Assembly (NCBI GenBank): GCA_020436835.1 | Contig: JAGQWZ010000367.1 | Location: 3,825 to 67,824, forward strand | DNA from: Saprospiraceae bacterium | GTDB lineage: Bacteria > Bacteroidota > Bacteroidia > Chitinophagales > Saprospiraceae | DNA length: 64,000 nucleotides | Direction of reading: 5' to 3' | In this document: positions 40,024 through 48,465 of the stretch, piece by piece | How the letters are laid out: the number at the start of each line of letters is the position of its first letter | Numbering within the stretch: position 1 is the first letter of the stretch | Notes under the pieces: generated by a model | What the model was told of the DNA's origin: nothing | Database searches by the model: none | What the model saw: only the letters and a program-made list of their open reading frames with translations | Translations under genes and position numbers: made by a program

Positions 40024-41208
40024 CTACCTGCTGGATTTCTCGATATCAATCTTCATTTCTATGGCAGATAGAAGCTTCTGAATGTGGGGCAACGCTCCGG
40101 ATTTAGATTCACTGGCAAATTTCAAGGCTTTTTCGGCGTAAATCTTTGACTCCCGATATTCACTACCCAGATATAATAATTGAGCGGCTACGAAACAATT
40201 TTGTTCGTTTGCCTGATCCTTTGCTAATTCAACGGCCCAGACAGTAGCCTGGCTGACCAATTTCGGTTGATCTTTTTGAGAATGTAATATATCATTGGCC
40301 AACTCAAATTTATTTTCCTTACTCTCTCTGGCGTATTCACTGGCGTATCGCAAAAACATGTCAGGTTGCCGGGTCTTGCTATAGAATCTTAGTCTTGATG
40401 CATATTGGAATTTGTCATATTGATCATCAGCATATCTCTTTACTTTGTCGTTTGCTTCTTCCAAAAGATCTACACTGTTAAATTCGATCGCCTTATTGAC
40501 TGTGGCATTTGCCGCCTTTACTATTCTTTCTGAGACCGTTTCTTTGTCAAACATTTTAATGATATCTCTGCGATTTTCAATGAGAAGATTGAATATCCGT
40601 GAATCGACCTCCACCAGGCCATAGAAAATGATCTTCAGGTTCTCCGGAGTTTTGAAATCATTCTGGGTCTGGAGATAATCATTGGCTATCTTCAGGAGAG
40701 GCCGATTGCTTTTGGCCAGAGCCTCGATGTACTCCGCCATAAACCCGGGATCCCGTTGGCCTTCTTCATACGCCTTGTCCAGGGATGAACTGACATCGGA
40801 TTTTGATGCGGCAAATTTTCCCAGGTTGATAAAATTTTTCATATCCATACCACCTACCACCTTGTGCACCACATTCCCCTCGGGATCAAGGAAGAGCAAC
40901 GTAGGAAAGGCGGTGACCCGGTACTTCCGCTGAAAATCCTTTCCTTCTCCTTTTTCCATGTCTAATTTTAGATTGATAAAAGTTTGATTGTAAAACTCGC
41001 CAACCTCATCCTGAGTAAACACCTGAGCCGACATCCTTTTGCACGGCCCGCACCAGGTAGTAAATGCGTCAATAAAAATCAGTTTGCCTTGTTGTCCTGC
41101 TACTTCCTTTGCTTCGGCAAGCGTACCGTGAAAAAAATCGATTCCCTTGGCTATGAGAAGTGAATGACCAGAGATAAAAAGGAATAGACAAGTCGCAAAA
41201 ATCTTCAT
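40024..41208 (-). CDS. exported thioredoxin-fold protein with a C-terminal helical-repeat domain (paralog 2)
   Basis: Signal peptide MKIFATCLFLFISGHSLLIAKG. WCGPCK at nt 41038-41055. The Trx domain closely parallels paralog 1: IFIDAFTTWCGPCK...FINLKLDMEKGEG versus IFIDAYTTWCGPCK...FVNLKLDMEKGKG. Confidence 0.8.
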   Translation of the reverse strand: MKIFATCLFLFISGHSLLIAKGIDFFHGTLAEAKEVAGQQGKLIFIDAFTTWCGPCKRMSAQVFTQDEVGEFYNQTFINLKLDMEKGEGKDFQRKYRVTAFPTLLFLDPEGNVVHKVVGGMDMKNFINLGKFAASKSDVSSSLDKAYEEGQRDPGFMAEYIEALAKSNRPLLKIANDYLQTQNDFKTPENLKIIFYGLVEVDSRIFNLLIENRRDIIKMFDKETVSERIVKAANATVNKAIEFNSVDLLEEANDKVKRYADDQYDKFQYASRLRFYSKTRQPDMFLRYASEYARESKENKFELANDILHSQKDQPKLVSQATVWAVELAKDQANEQNCFVAAQLLYLGSEYRESKIYAEKALKFASESKSGALPHIQKLLSAIEMKIDIEKSSR

Positions 41209-41377
41209 AAGAGTCGTTTTATATTTTGAAATAACGAATTGTCGACGGTAAAATCGTACAACAAATAGGTGTCAATTTTGTGTTGGCAGTGATCAGAATG
41301 ATTAATTTCTTGTTAAAATGGTTGGATACTTGCAAAAGTAGCCCTTTTATTACCTTGAGGTACTATTCATTTAATGC

Positions 41378-42763
41378 ATGAAATTCTTATCACCCGAAAT
41401 TAGACATTTTCATTACCGCGCCGGGTTTGGAGTTGGAATCTCAGAACTTCCTCAACATTCAGATAACCGCAGCTATAGCCAGGTTGTTGATGAAGCCATT
41501 GAGGAATCTATACAAAGAATAGAAGTTGAGGAGTTGATGCAGGGATCGCCGGTACGTAATGAAGCTTTCTTTTCTGAGAATAACGATCATGGAATGCAAT
41601 ACATGGAGACGGCTTCCACTCAATTGGATCAGTTAAGGGGTTTATGGATGGATAAAATGATAGGGAATGATGCCTGTCTCGCTGAAAAGATGACCCTTTT
41701 CTGGCATACCCATTTCGCTTGCCAATGCAGTACAGAAAGAATAGCCCTGCAATATCTTAATGTGTTACGGAAACACGCCCTGGGAAATTTCAGATCCCTA
41801 CTTCATGAAGTAGCCAAATCTCCGGCAATGATCATATTTCTCAATAATCTCCAAAACCGGAGGGATCACCCTAATGAAAACTTTGCCAGGGAGCTGATGG
41901 AAATCTTTACCATGGGCAGAGGAAATTATTCTGAGACAGATGTGAAAGAAAGTGCGCGGGCGTTCACCGGTTGGTCGGCGGATCGTCAGGGAAACTTTCT
42001 CTTCAGAGAGCAAAACCATGATTTTGAACAAAAGACATTTTTGGGGGTATCTGGACGCTTAGATGGTACCGATATTATAGACCTCATTTTGAAACAGCCA
42101 GCCACAACATTGTTTCTGGCAAAAAAACTGTATCACTATTTTGTTAGTGAGATTCCAAATTCTGACCATATTCAACGCATTGCCCGGGAAATAAAAGCCC
42201 ATGATTATGAAATGTCGAAGGTGATGCACTTTCTCTTTACCAGTAGATTTTTTGCAGATCCGCAAAACATTGGAAACCGGATAAAGTCACCAATTGAATT
42301 ACTGGTACAGGTGGCAAGACTATTTAAAATTGAATACTTGAATCCTACTCAGGTATCTTTTCTGCAGAAGGCGCTGGGTCAGTTGCTCTTCGATCCACCC
42401 AATGTTTCTGGATGGGCGGGAGGCAGAAGTTGGATTAATAATTCGACGCTTATGTTGAGACTCAATCTTGTCCGGTACCTGATCAATCGTGAAAGATTTG
42501 ATCATGCTGTTTCAACGCCTTTGGAGGCGATGGCTACAGGCGAGTCAATCCAAATTGTTGAGATAAAACATGACCATTCGGCGTTATTGGATCGTTTAAG
42601 TGGTACCCGTTATGACCGCATGGAGGAGCTGGTGAAGAATTTGTTGCTGGCCACAGATAGTCCAACGCCCTCCATTTCAAAACCCAGAGACTTTCGCGAT
42701 TTGGACTTTACCTTAGAGTTGGTGCTTAAGGTAGTCTCTTTGCCGGAATTTCAAATGAGCTGA
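41378..42763 (+). CDS. DUF1800 domain-containing protein
   Basis: Family landmarks MTLFWHTHFA and ARELMEIFTMGRGNYSETDVKESARAFTGW. Confidence 0.82.
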   Translation: MKFLSPEIRHFHYRAGFGVGISELPQHSDNRSYSQVVDEAIEESIQRIEVEELMQGSPVRNEAFFSENNDHGMQYMETASTQLDQLRGLWMDKMIGNDACLAEKMTLFWHTHFACQCSTERIALQYLNVLRKHALGNFRSLLHEVAKSPAMIIFLNNLQNRRDHPNENFARELMEIFTMGRGNYSETDVKESARAFTGWSADRQGNFLFREQNHDFEQKTFLGVSGRLDGTDIIDLILKQPATTLFLAKKLYHYFVSEIPNSDHIQRIAREIKAHDYEMSKVMHFLFTSRFFADPQNIGNRIKSPIELLVQVARLFKIEYLNPTQVSFLQKALGQLLFDPPNVSGWAGGRSWINNSTLMLRLNLVRYLINRERFDHAVSTPLEAMATGESIQIVEIKHDHSALLDRLSGTRYDRMEELVKNLLLATDSPTPSISKPRDFRDLDFTLELVLKVVSLPEFQMS

Positions 42764-42768
42764 GAAAC

Positions 42769-43968
42769 ATGTATAACCGAAGATCATTTTTAAAACAGTC
42801 CTTTTTTGCCTCATCCTCTATGATGGTCCCTGCTTTTCTCCGGAAACCATCGTTAAAGGTGAGTAAGGGATCCAGAGATGGCACTATTCTCATAGTAATT
42901 CAACTGTCAGGAGGTAACGATGGCCTTAATACAATTGTTCCCTATCGGGATGATGTCTATTATCGTAACCGGCCTGAAATTAATGTTGCTGCATCATCAC
43001 TGATCAAACTGGATGATCAGCTTGGTTTTAATCCTGCATTAGAACCCTTGGCTAATTTGTTCGATTCCGGAGAAATGTCAATTCTCAACCAGGTCGGTTA
43101 TCCTAATCCCGATCGATCTCATTTTCGATCGATGGATATCTGGCATACAGGCAGCAGTTCTTCAGATTACCAGCAATCGGGATGGCTCGGCCGCTATCTG
43201 GATAGTGAATGTGAGGATTGCAGTCTTCCATACCACGCTATTGAGATCGGAGACAACCTAAGTTTGGCGCTGCATGGGAAACATAGGGATGGATTAGCCA
43301 TGCGGGGTCCCGAAAAACTACAGAGAGCAACAAACGATTCTTTTCTAAGAGAAGTAGGTCAAAAGTATCGGTCCAGGAGTCAGCATGACCTTGATTACCT
43401 TTACAAGACCATGATTGAAGTGCAGGAATCCGCCGCCTACCTCACCCGTAAAGCCCGTACGCATCAATCTGCGTTCACCTACCCCAATCACGAATTTGGC
43501 GCGGGGATGAAACAGATCGCAGAATTAATCACCGCTGACACGAATACCAAGATTTTCTATTTGAGTCTTCCTGGTTTTGACACCCACGTCAATCAGAAAG
43601 TCAGACAACATAGCCTGCTTTCCCTATACGCAGAAACGGTGAATACCTTTGTACATGATCTGAAATCAAATGGACTATTCGAAGATGTGCTGATTATGAC
43701 ATTCTCTGAATTTGGCCGTAGAGTTGAAGAAAATGGAAGTCAGGGCACTGATCATGGTGCAGCTAACAATTTGTTTCTGATCGGTGACAAATTAAAAATA
43801 CCCGGTTTCTATAACGACCCGCCTGATCTTAACACCCTGGTAGATGGGGACCTGGCCTACCAAATAGATTTTCGAGCGGTTTACTCCGATATACTCAGGT
43901 ACTGGCTGGCTACAGATCCGGAGCCTATAATGGGGGTCCAGAAAGCTCTTGAACGCAGGGCAATCTAG
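42769..43968 (+). CDS. DUF1501 domain-containing protein (sulfatase/alkaline-phosphatase-like fold, Tat signal)
   Basis: Twin-arginine signal MYNRRSFLKQ. Contains QLSGGNDGLNT, PGFDTHVNQ and FSEFGRRVEENGSQGTDHG. Confidence 0.85.
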   Translation: MYNRRSFLKQSFFASSSMMVPAFLRKPSLKVSKGSRDGTILIVIQLSGGNDGLNTIVPYRDDVYYRNRPEINVAASSLIKLDDQLGFNPALEPLANLFDSGEMSILNQVGYPNPDRSHFRSMDIWHTGSSSSDYQQSGWLGRYLDSECEDCSLPYHAIEIGDNLSLALHGKHRDGLAMRGPEKLQRATNDSFLREVGQKYRSRSQHDLDYLYKTMIEVQESAAYLTRKARTHQSAFTYPNHEFGAGMKQIAELITADTNTKIFYLSLPGFDTHVNQKVRQHSLLSLYAETVNTFVHDLKSNGLFEDVLIMTFSEFGRRVEENGSQGTDHGAANNLFLIGDKLKIPGFYNDPPDLNTLVDGDLAYQIDFRAVYSDILRYWLATDPEPIMGVQKALERRAI

Positions 43969-43979
43969 CCGGGCGAAAT

Positions 43980-44426
43980 TTATTCCTGTACTACTTCAAA
44001 ATCAACTTCGCTGCTTACTTCCGGATGCAGATTGAGTTTAGCTTTGTAAGTGCCCAGTTCCTTTACTTCCTCTGTAAGTACAATTTTACGTCTTTCAACC
44101 TCGATACCATGCTCTTCCTTTAAGAGTTGAGCGATTTGCACATTGGTCACACTTCCAAAAATCTTCCCACTCGTACCGGCTTTTGCACCCACCTTGAGGG
44201 TAATTTCCTTTAGCTTGTCAGCAATTTCCTGATAGTGATCTTTGAGTTTTGCTTCTTTTGCCGTTTCAATACGCTTCAATTCATCGAGGCGTTTCCGGTT
44301 GCTATTATTCGCAATCAGAGCAAATCCTTTCGGAATCAGATAATTACGGGCATAGCCAGGCTTGACATTTACAATTTCGTGCTTATCACCCAGCTTATCT
44401 ACTTCTTGCAATAAGATAATCTCCAT
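43980..44426 (-). CDS. rplI: 50S ribosomal protein L9
   Basis: MEIILLQEVDKLGDKHEIVNVKPGYARNYLIP is a typical L9 N-terminus. Position after rpsR. Confidence 0.95.
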   Translation of the reverse strand: MEIILLQEVDKLGDKHEIVNVKPGYARNYLIPKGFALIANNSNRKRLDELKRIETAKEAKLKDHYQEIADKLKEITLKVGAKAGTSGKIFGSVTNVQIAQLLKEEHGIEVERRKIVLTEEVKELGTYKAKLNLHPEVSSEVDFEVVQE

Positions 44427-44435
44427 GTCAATAAT

Positions 44436-44702
44436 TTATTTTAAAAGGTCAGCCACATAAGGTAATAAAGCAAGGTGGCGGGCTCTTTTCACAGCGGTAG
44501 CCACTTTCTTCTGATACTTCAATGAATTTCCGGTTAACCTCCTGGGAAGTATTTTACCTTGTTCGTTAATAAACTGTTTAAGAAAATCCGGATCCTTATA
44601 GTCGATATGCTTAATGCCAAATTTTCTGAAGCGGCAATATTTTTTTGCCTTTAAGCCAATCTTGGGATTGCTGAGAAACTTAATATCATCTCTTGAAGCC
44701 AT
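44436..44702 (-). CDS. rpsR: 30S ribosomal protein S18
   Basis: 88 aa with CRF...IDYKD...L..F....GKILPRR.TG......Q......A.KRAR..ALLPY. Confidence 0.95.
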   Translation of the reverse strand: MASRDDIKFLSNPKIGLKAKKYCRFRKFGIKHIDYKDPDFLKQFINEQGKILPRRLTGNSLKYQKKVATAVKRARHLALLPYVADLLK

Positions 44703-44735
44703 AATCTTTTTAAAATTTTAGATGGGTGAATACAC

Positions 44736-45215
44736 TTACTCTTCCTCTTCCTTGCTTGGTTTGGAACTTTTGGTATTTGATGAGGCACTTTTAGCTTTTG
44801 TGTCTACACCAGCATTACCCCGGCCTGATTTTTTCCTTCCGTCTGATTCTTCAGAAACGGTAGCCGGAGCTGATCTCTTTTTACCAATAAGTCCATTGCG
44901 CTTGTCCTCATTGTACTTGATTCCGTACTTGTCAAGCTTTACTGTGAGGAAGCGGATGATGCGTTCGTCTCGTCGGAAGGCCAACTCCATCCTTTCAATG
45001 ATCTGACCAGTTTCAGTAGAAAACTCGATGCCGTAGTATACACCGGTTGTTCGTTTTCGGAGAGGATACGCCAGTTGACGCAATCCCATCTCATCGACAT
45101 GTACGATCTTACATCCTTCACTTTGAAGGTGGTCGACATATGTCTGTGCTGTCCCTACAATTTCATCGCTGGACAGCACTGGGTCTACGATGAAAGTTAC
45201 TTCATATTGATTCAT
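44736..45215 (-). CDS. rpsF: 30S ribosomal protein S6 with a long low-complexity C-terminal tail
   Basis: MNQYEVTFIVDP...MGLRQLAYP is the S6 core. About 60 extra Lys/Ser/Gly-rich residues end in EEEE. Confidence 0.93.
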   Translation of the reverse strand: MNQYEVTFIVDPVLSSDEIVGTAQTYVDHLQSEGCKIVHVDEMGLRQLAYPLRKRTTGVYYGIEFSTETGQIIERMELAFRRDERIIRFLTVKLDKYGIKYNEDKRNGLIGKKRSAPATVSEESDGRKKSGRGNAGVDTKAKSASSNTKSSKPSKEEEE

Positions 45216-45245
45216 GTCAATAAGTCAAATTTTCTAAATGGGCTG

Positions 45246-45253
45246 CAAATATA
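45246..45253 (-). promoter_or_regulatory. candidate -7 box (TATATTTG) for the rpsF-rpsR-rplI operon
   Basis: The reverse complement is TATATTTG (TAnnTTTG), 31 nt upstream of the rpsF ATG. Confidence 0.3.
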
Positions 45254-45377
45254 GAATTATTCCCTGAAAATCAACTGGTTTTTTCCATCCTTGCACAAGT
45301 ATGGTATGATCTCAACCATAGTGTTAACCGATTTGACAGATCAAGCCACCGTTTCTCTCTGATATGCTGAGAAATTT

Positions 45378-45398
45378 AAACGGTTTCTCCACCCGTTT
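45378..45398 (-). terminator. possible hairpin downstream of yceI
   Basis: AAACGG (45378-45383) pairs with CCGTTT (45393-45398) across a 9-nt loop. It lies 16 nt beyond the yceI stop and is followed on the transcribed strand by TTTAAATTT rather than a clean U-tract. Confidence 0.25.
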
Positions 45399-45413
45399 GA
45401 CAGAGTCTTATCA

Positions 45414-46082
45414 TCAGGTCGTGATAGCATCAACGGTGATCACCAAAGAGATGTCATCATTGATGATTAGATCCGGTGCAGTACCCAGCGCCTTTGATCG
45501 ATATTTTAGACGCCATAGAGTTCGGTCGATGTTAAATGCCGGAGTTGATACCATGATCTGGTCCCCGATAAAAGAAACGTTAGCAGGAAATGTTATACTT
45601 CTGGTGATATTCCTGATCTGTAGATCTCCGGTAATGGTATGTGTTGCCTGAGGTGCTTCTGAGCCATTGATGACTTCGGTTATCAGGAATTTGGCAGTAG
45701 GATATTGCTCCACATCAAAGAAGTCTTCAGAACGGAGGTGATTTTCCAATTTGGTTTTTCTTTCACCTTCCAGATCGGTATTCTCTATGGTGTTCATATC
45801 GATCAGAAATTCTCCGGTGATCAACGTACCATTCAATACCGTAATGCTGCCCGACTTGACATGAACTGTGCCCAGATGCTGTCCACCGATTTTGCTGGCG
45901 GTCCAATTAATCACTCCTTTTGACACGTTCATTGTTTCAAGATCTCGACCGGCAGGTAGGGTCGCCGCTTCCTGAGTTTCTGCTACTGTTGGTTCCGTAG
46001 ATTCATTTTTATCCGGAACTGTAGAACTATTATTTTGGCAAGAGAGGAAGATCAATAAGACCAGCAGATTGTAAAGATTCAT
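45414..46082 (-). CDS. YceI family (polyisoprenoid-binding) exported protein
   Basis: Signal/lipobox-like MNLYNLLVLLIFLSC. Contains HLRSEDFFDVEQYPTAKF and ITGDLQIRNITRSITFPANV, typical of YceI. Confidence 0.88.
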   Translation of the reverse strand: MNLYNLLVLLIFLSCQNNSSTVPDKNESTEPTVAETQEAATLPAGRDLETMNVSKGVINWTASKIGGQHLGTVHVKSGSITVLNGTLITGEFLIDMNTIENTDLEGERKTKLENHLRSEDFFDVEQYPTAKFLITEVINGSEAPQATHTITGDLQIRNITRSITFPANVSFIGDQIMVSTPAFNIDRTLWRLKYRSKALGTAPDLIINDDISLVITVDAITT

Positions 46083-46107
46083 ATCGACTTGGTGTTAATA
46101 TAAAGGG

Positions 46108-46115
46108 CAAATTTA
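46108..46115 (-). promoter_or_regulatory. candidate -7 box (TAAATTTG) for yceI
   Basis: The reverse complement is TAAATTTG (TAnnTTTG), 26 nt upstream of the yceI ATG. Confidence 0.3.
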
Positions 46116-46172
46116 GGACAAAGCTAACAGTTTAAGCGAATTCATATGACAGATTTTACTCAAGTGTAGCGA

Positions 46173-47054
46173 CTAAGAAATGTTTTCAATGTAGGACAAG
46201 ATCTCGTCCAATCCGTCGAAGGTAATCCAGTTTTTACGGCTCTTTATTTGTTGCCGGCTAATCTGTATTCCCGAGAGTAAGATGGTACTGTTACGGCAAT
46301 GGAGAGACAATCTTTCCAGATAGTCTTTCACCGATGCCTTGAAATTTCCCTCATTGATCAGCGTGAAGATATAGTCCGGCTGATGTATATCACTTGCTTG
46401 TATGAGATCGTCGAGGGAAATGTTTCTGCCCAGATTAACCACCTTAAAGTTACCTTCCCGAAGTAGGAAATGGATGAAAAGGGTGCTTAATTCATGTTCT
46501 TCCCCTTCCGGCAAATAGACGATGATCGTTCCACGAGGCTTGGCAGGATGGGGAAGGCTGTCAATAGCTACATAGATCTTCTGCTTGATCAGGCCAGCGA
46601 TATAGTTCTCCTGTACGGGCATGACGCTACCCGTCATCCAAAGAACATTGAGCCGGTTTAGGAAGGGGAAAATCACTTTCATCATAGTTTCCTTGAAACC
46701 ATGTTTTTCAATCCTTTGCCGGATGGTCGCATCGAATTTCTCCTCATCCAGTTCTAACATGGACAGGGTCAAAGTATCCGATTGCAGATCGGTATCCACT
46801 TTCTTTTCGGAGATTTCTAATACAGCTTCTCGCATCTGGGACTGTGACATACAGGCGATTCTGCTGATTTTATAACCATGACGATTCAAAAGCGCCGCAT
46901 TCAACAGCATCTTGACATCCTTATCCAAATAAAATCGAATATTGGTGTCGGTTCGTTGAGGATTAAGCAAACCATAGCGTTTCTCCCACATTCTTATCGT
47001 GTGAGCTTTAACCCCCGACAAAGTCTCTAAATCTCTAATCGAATAAACGGCCAC
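46173..47054 (-). CDS. MerR family transcriptional regulator with a C-terminal cobalamin-binding-like domain (CarH/LitR-like)
   Basis: MerR HTH YSIRDLETLSGVKAHTIRMWEKRYGLL. A helical region carries W139-x9-E149-N150, and a Rossmann-like region carries E185-E-H187-E-L-S190 (compare the ExHxxG lower-ligand motif). Confidence 0.75.
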   Translation of the reverse strand: MAVYSIRDLETLSGVKAHTIRMWEKRYGLLNPQRTDTNIRFYLDKDVKMLLNAALLNRHGYKISRIACMSQSQMREAVLEISEKKVDTDLQSDTLTLSMLELDEEKFDATIRQRIEKHGFKETMMKVIFPFLNRLNVLWMTGSVMPVQENYIAGLIKQKIYVAIDSLPHPAKPRGTIIVYLPEGEEHELSTLFIHFLLREGNFKVVNLGRNISLDDLIQASDIHQPDYIFTLINEGNFKASVKDYLERLSLHCRNSTILLSGIQISRQQIKSRKNWITFDGLDEILSYIENIS

Positions 47055-47309
47055 CTTTGCGTTGAATGTAAATTAGCTTGCTGCGAAAACCCGGCACACC
47101 TGATATCTGCCAGGATTACACAATCAATCATTAAACTAAAATCGGCAAAATTTGTTTTCAATCCCATGGCTTCTGATGAGAACAAGACGATCAATAGAAT
47201 ACGGCAATTGTTAATTTCGTTTCTCTAAAGGTGGATAAAGTCACTTAGGTTTTGCTCTTACAAAATCCATCCATGCAAGGGACTGGACCCATTTTATAAA
47301 GGAAACTAA

Positions 47310-48461
47310 ATGTCTGTTATGAGAATTGGTATTGTCTGTTATCCCACATTTGGTGGGAGTGGAGTGGTAGCTACCGAATTGGGTTTAGGTCTGGCGAAGA
47401 AAGGTCATCAGGTTCATTTCATAACCTATAAGCGCCCGGCGAGACTTTCCGTCTTTCATGAAAACATTTATTTCCATGAGGTGTCACAGGTAAATTATCC
47501 CCTCTTTGAATATGAACCTTACGACACCTCTCTGACCAGCAAATTAGTCGATGTAGTCAAATACGAAAATCTCGATCTATTGCATGTACATTATGCCATA
47601 CCCCATGCAACGGTAGCCTATATGGCTAAGAAGATTTTACTTCAGCAGGGTAAGTATCTACCGGTAGTGACCACGCTCCATGGTACTGATATCACGCTGG
47701 TAGGCATTGACCATAGCTTCGCACCCGTCGTAGAGTTCAGCATTAATAAGAGTGATGGTATCACTGCGGTATCACAATTTTTGAAAGACAAGACGGAGGA
47801 ATATTTCAATATCGAAAAGGATATAAAGGTGATTCACAACTTTATTGACTTTACAAGATTCAAGAAAGTCGATAAAAATCATTTTCGGAAAGCAATAGCA
47901 CCCAATGATGAAAAAATCTTGATGCACATTTCAAATTTCCGAAAAGTGAAGCGAGTTCAGGACGTCATCAGGGTATTTAAGAAAGTCCAGGATAAAATGC
48001 CTGCCAAGCTCTTGATGATAGGCGATGGACCCGAAAGACAGAATTGTGAAGAACTCTGTCGAAGTATGGGAATATGCGGCGACATACGTTTTTTAGGTAA
48101 GCAGGATGCGATTGAAGAATTGTTGGCGGTCACTGATTTATTTCTCCTTCCATCCGGTAACGAGAGTTTCGGATTGGTTGCCCTGGAAGCGATGGCCTGC
48201 GAGGTACCGGTTATTTCGTCCAACGTAGGAGGTATTCCGGAAGTGAATATTGAAGGCGTGACCGGTTTTCTCAGTGATATTGGGGATGTTGAAGCTATGT
48301 CAGCCAATGCGATCAGAATTCTTGAAAATCCGGATATGTTAGCTAAATTCCGGGCTAATGCGCTGGCCCAAGCAAAGAATTTTGACATTGAAATCATTCT
48401 GCCTCAATATGAGGACTATTATTTGTCTATTCTGGAGCACACCCGGCATCAGGTAGTGTAA
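47310..48461 (+). CDS. bshA: N-acetyl-alpha-D-glucosaminyl L-malate synthase (bacillithiol biosynthesis glycosyltransferase)
   Basis: IGIVCYPTFGGSGVVATELGLGLAKKGHQVHFIT and SNFRKVKRVQDVIRVF...GDGPE...ESFGLVALEAMACEVPVISSNVGGIPEV closely track Bacillus BshA as I remember it. Confidence 0.88.
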   Translation: MSVMRIGIVCYPTFGGSGVVATELGLGLAKKGHQVHFITYKRPARLSVFHENIYFHEVSQVNYPLFEYEPYDTSLTSKLVDVVKYENLDLLHVHYAIPHATVAYMAKKILLQQGKYLPVVTTLHGTDITLVGIDHSFAPVVEFSINKSDGITAVSQFLKDKTEEYFNIEKDIKVIHNFIDFTRFKKVDKNHFRKAIAPNDEKILMHISNFRKVKRVQDVIRVFKKVQDKMPAKLLMIGDGPERQNCEELCRSMGICGDIRFLGKQDAIEELLAVTDLFLLPSGNESFGLVALEAMACEVPVISSNVGGIPEVNIEGVTGFLSDIGDVEAMSANAIRILENPDMLAKFRANALAQAKNFDIEIILPQYEDYYLSILEHTRHQVV

Positions 48462-48465
48462 GACA

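Noticed and set aside
41298-41381. A 27-codon upstream ORF (MINFLLKWLDTCKSSPFITLRYYSFNA) whose TGA overlaps the DUF1800 ATG (ATGA).
   Set aside because: It is very short, with no recognisable peptide features, and such ORFs arise by chance in AT-rich leaders. It is only worth revisiting if Ribo-seq or conservation supports it.
46127-46152. Two ACAG motifs spaced 22 nt apart (2 x 11) in the yceI promoter region, as a possible CarH-type operator of 11-bp direct repeats.
   Set aside because: The intermediate 11-nt position lacks the motif, and a 4-mer match is far too weak. It needs footprinting or EMSA before any claim.
47230-47238. An isolated near-consensus DnaA box, GGTGGATAA (reverse complement TTATCCACC), in the merR-bshA intergenic region.
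   Set aside because: It is a single copy with a mismatch at an invariant position, which is compatible with chance.
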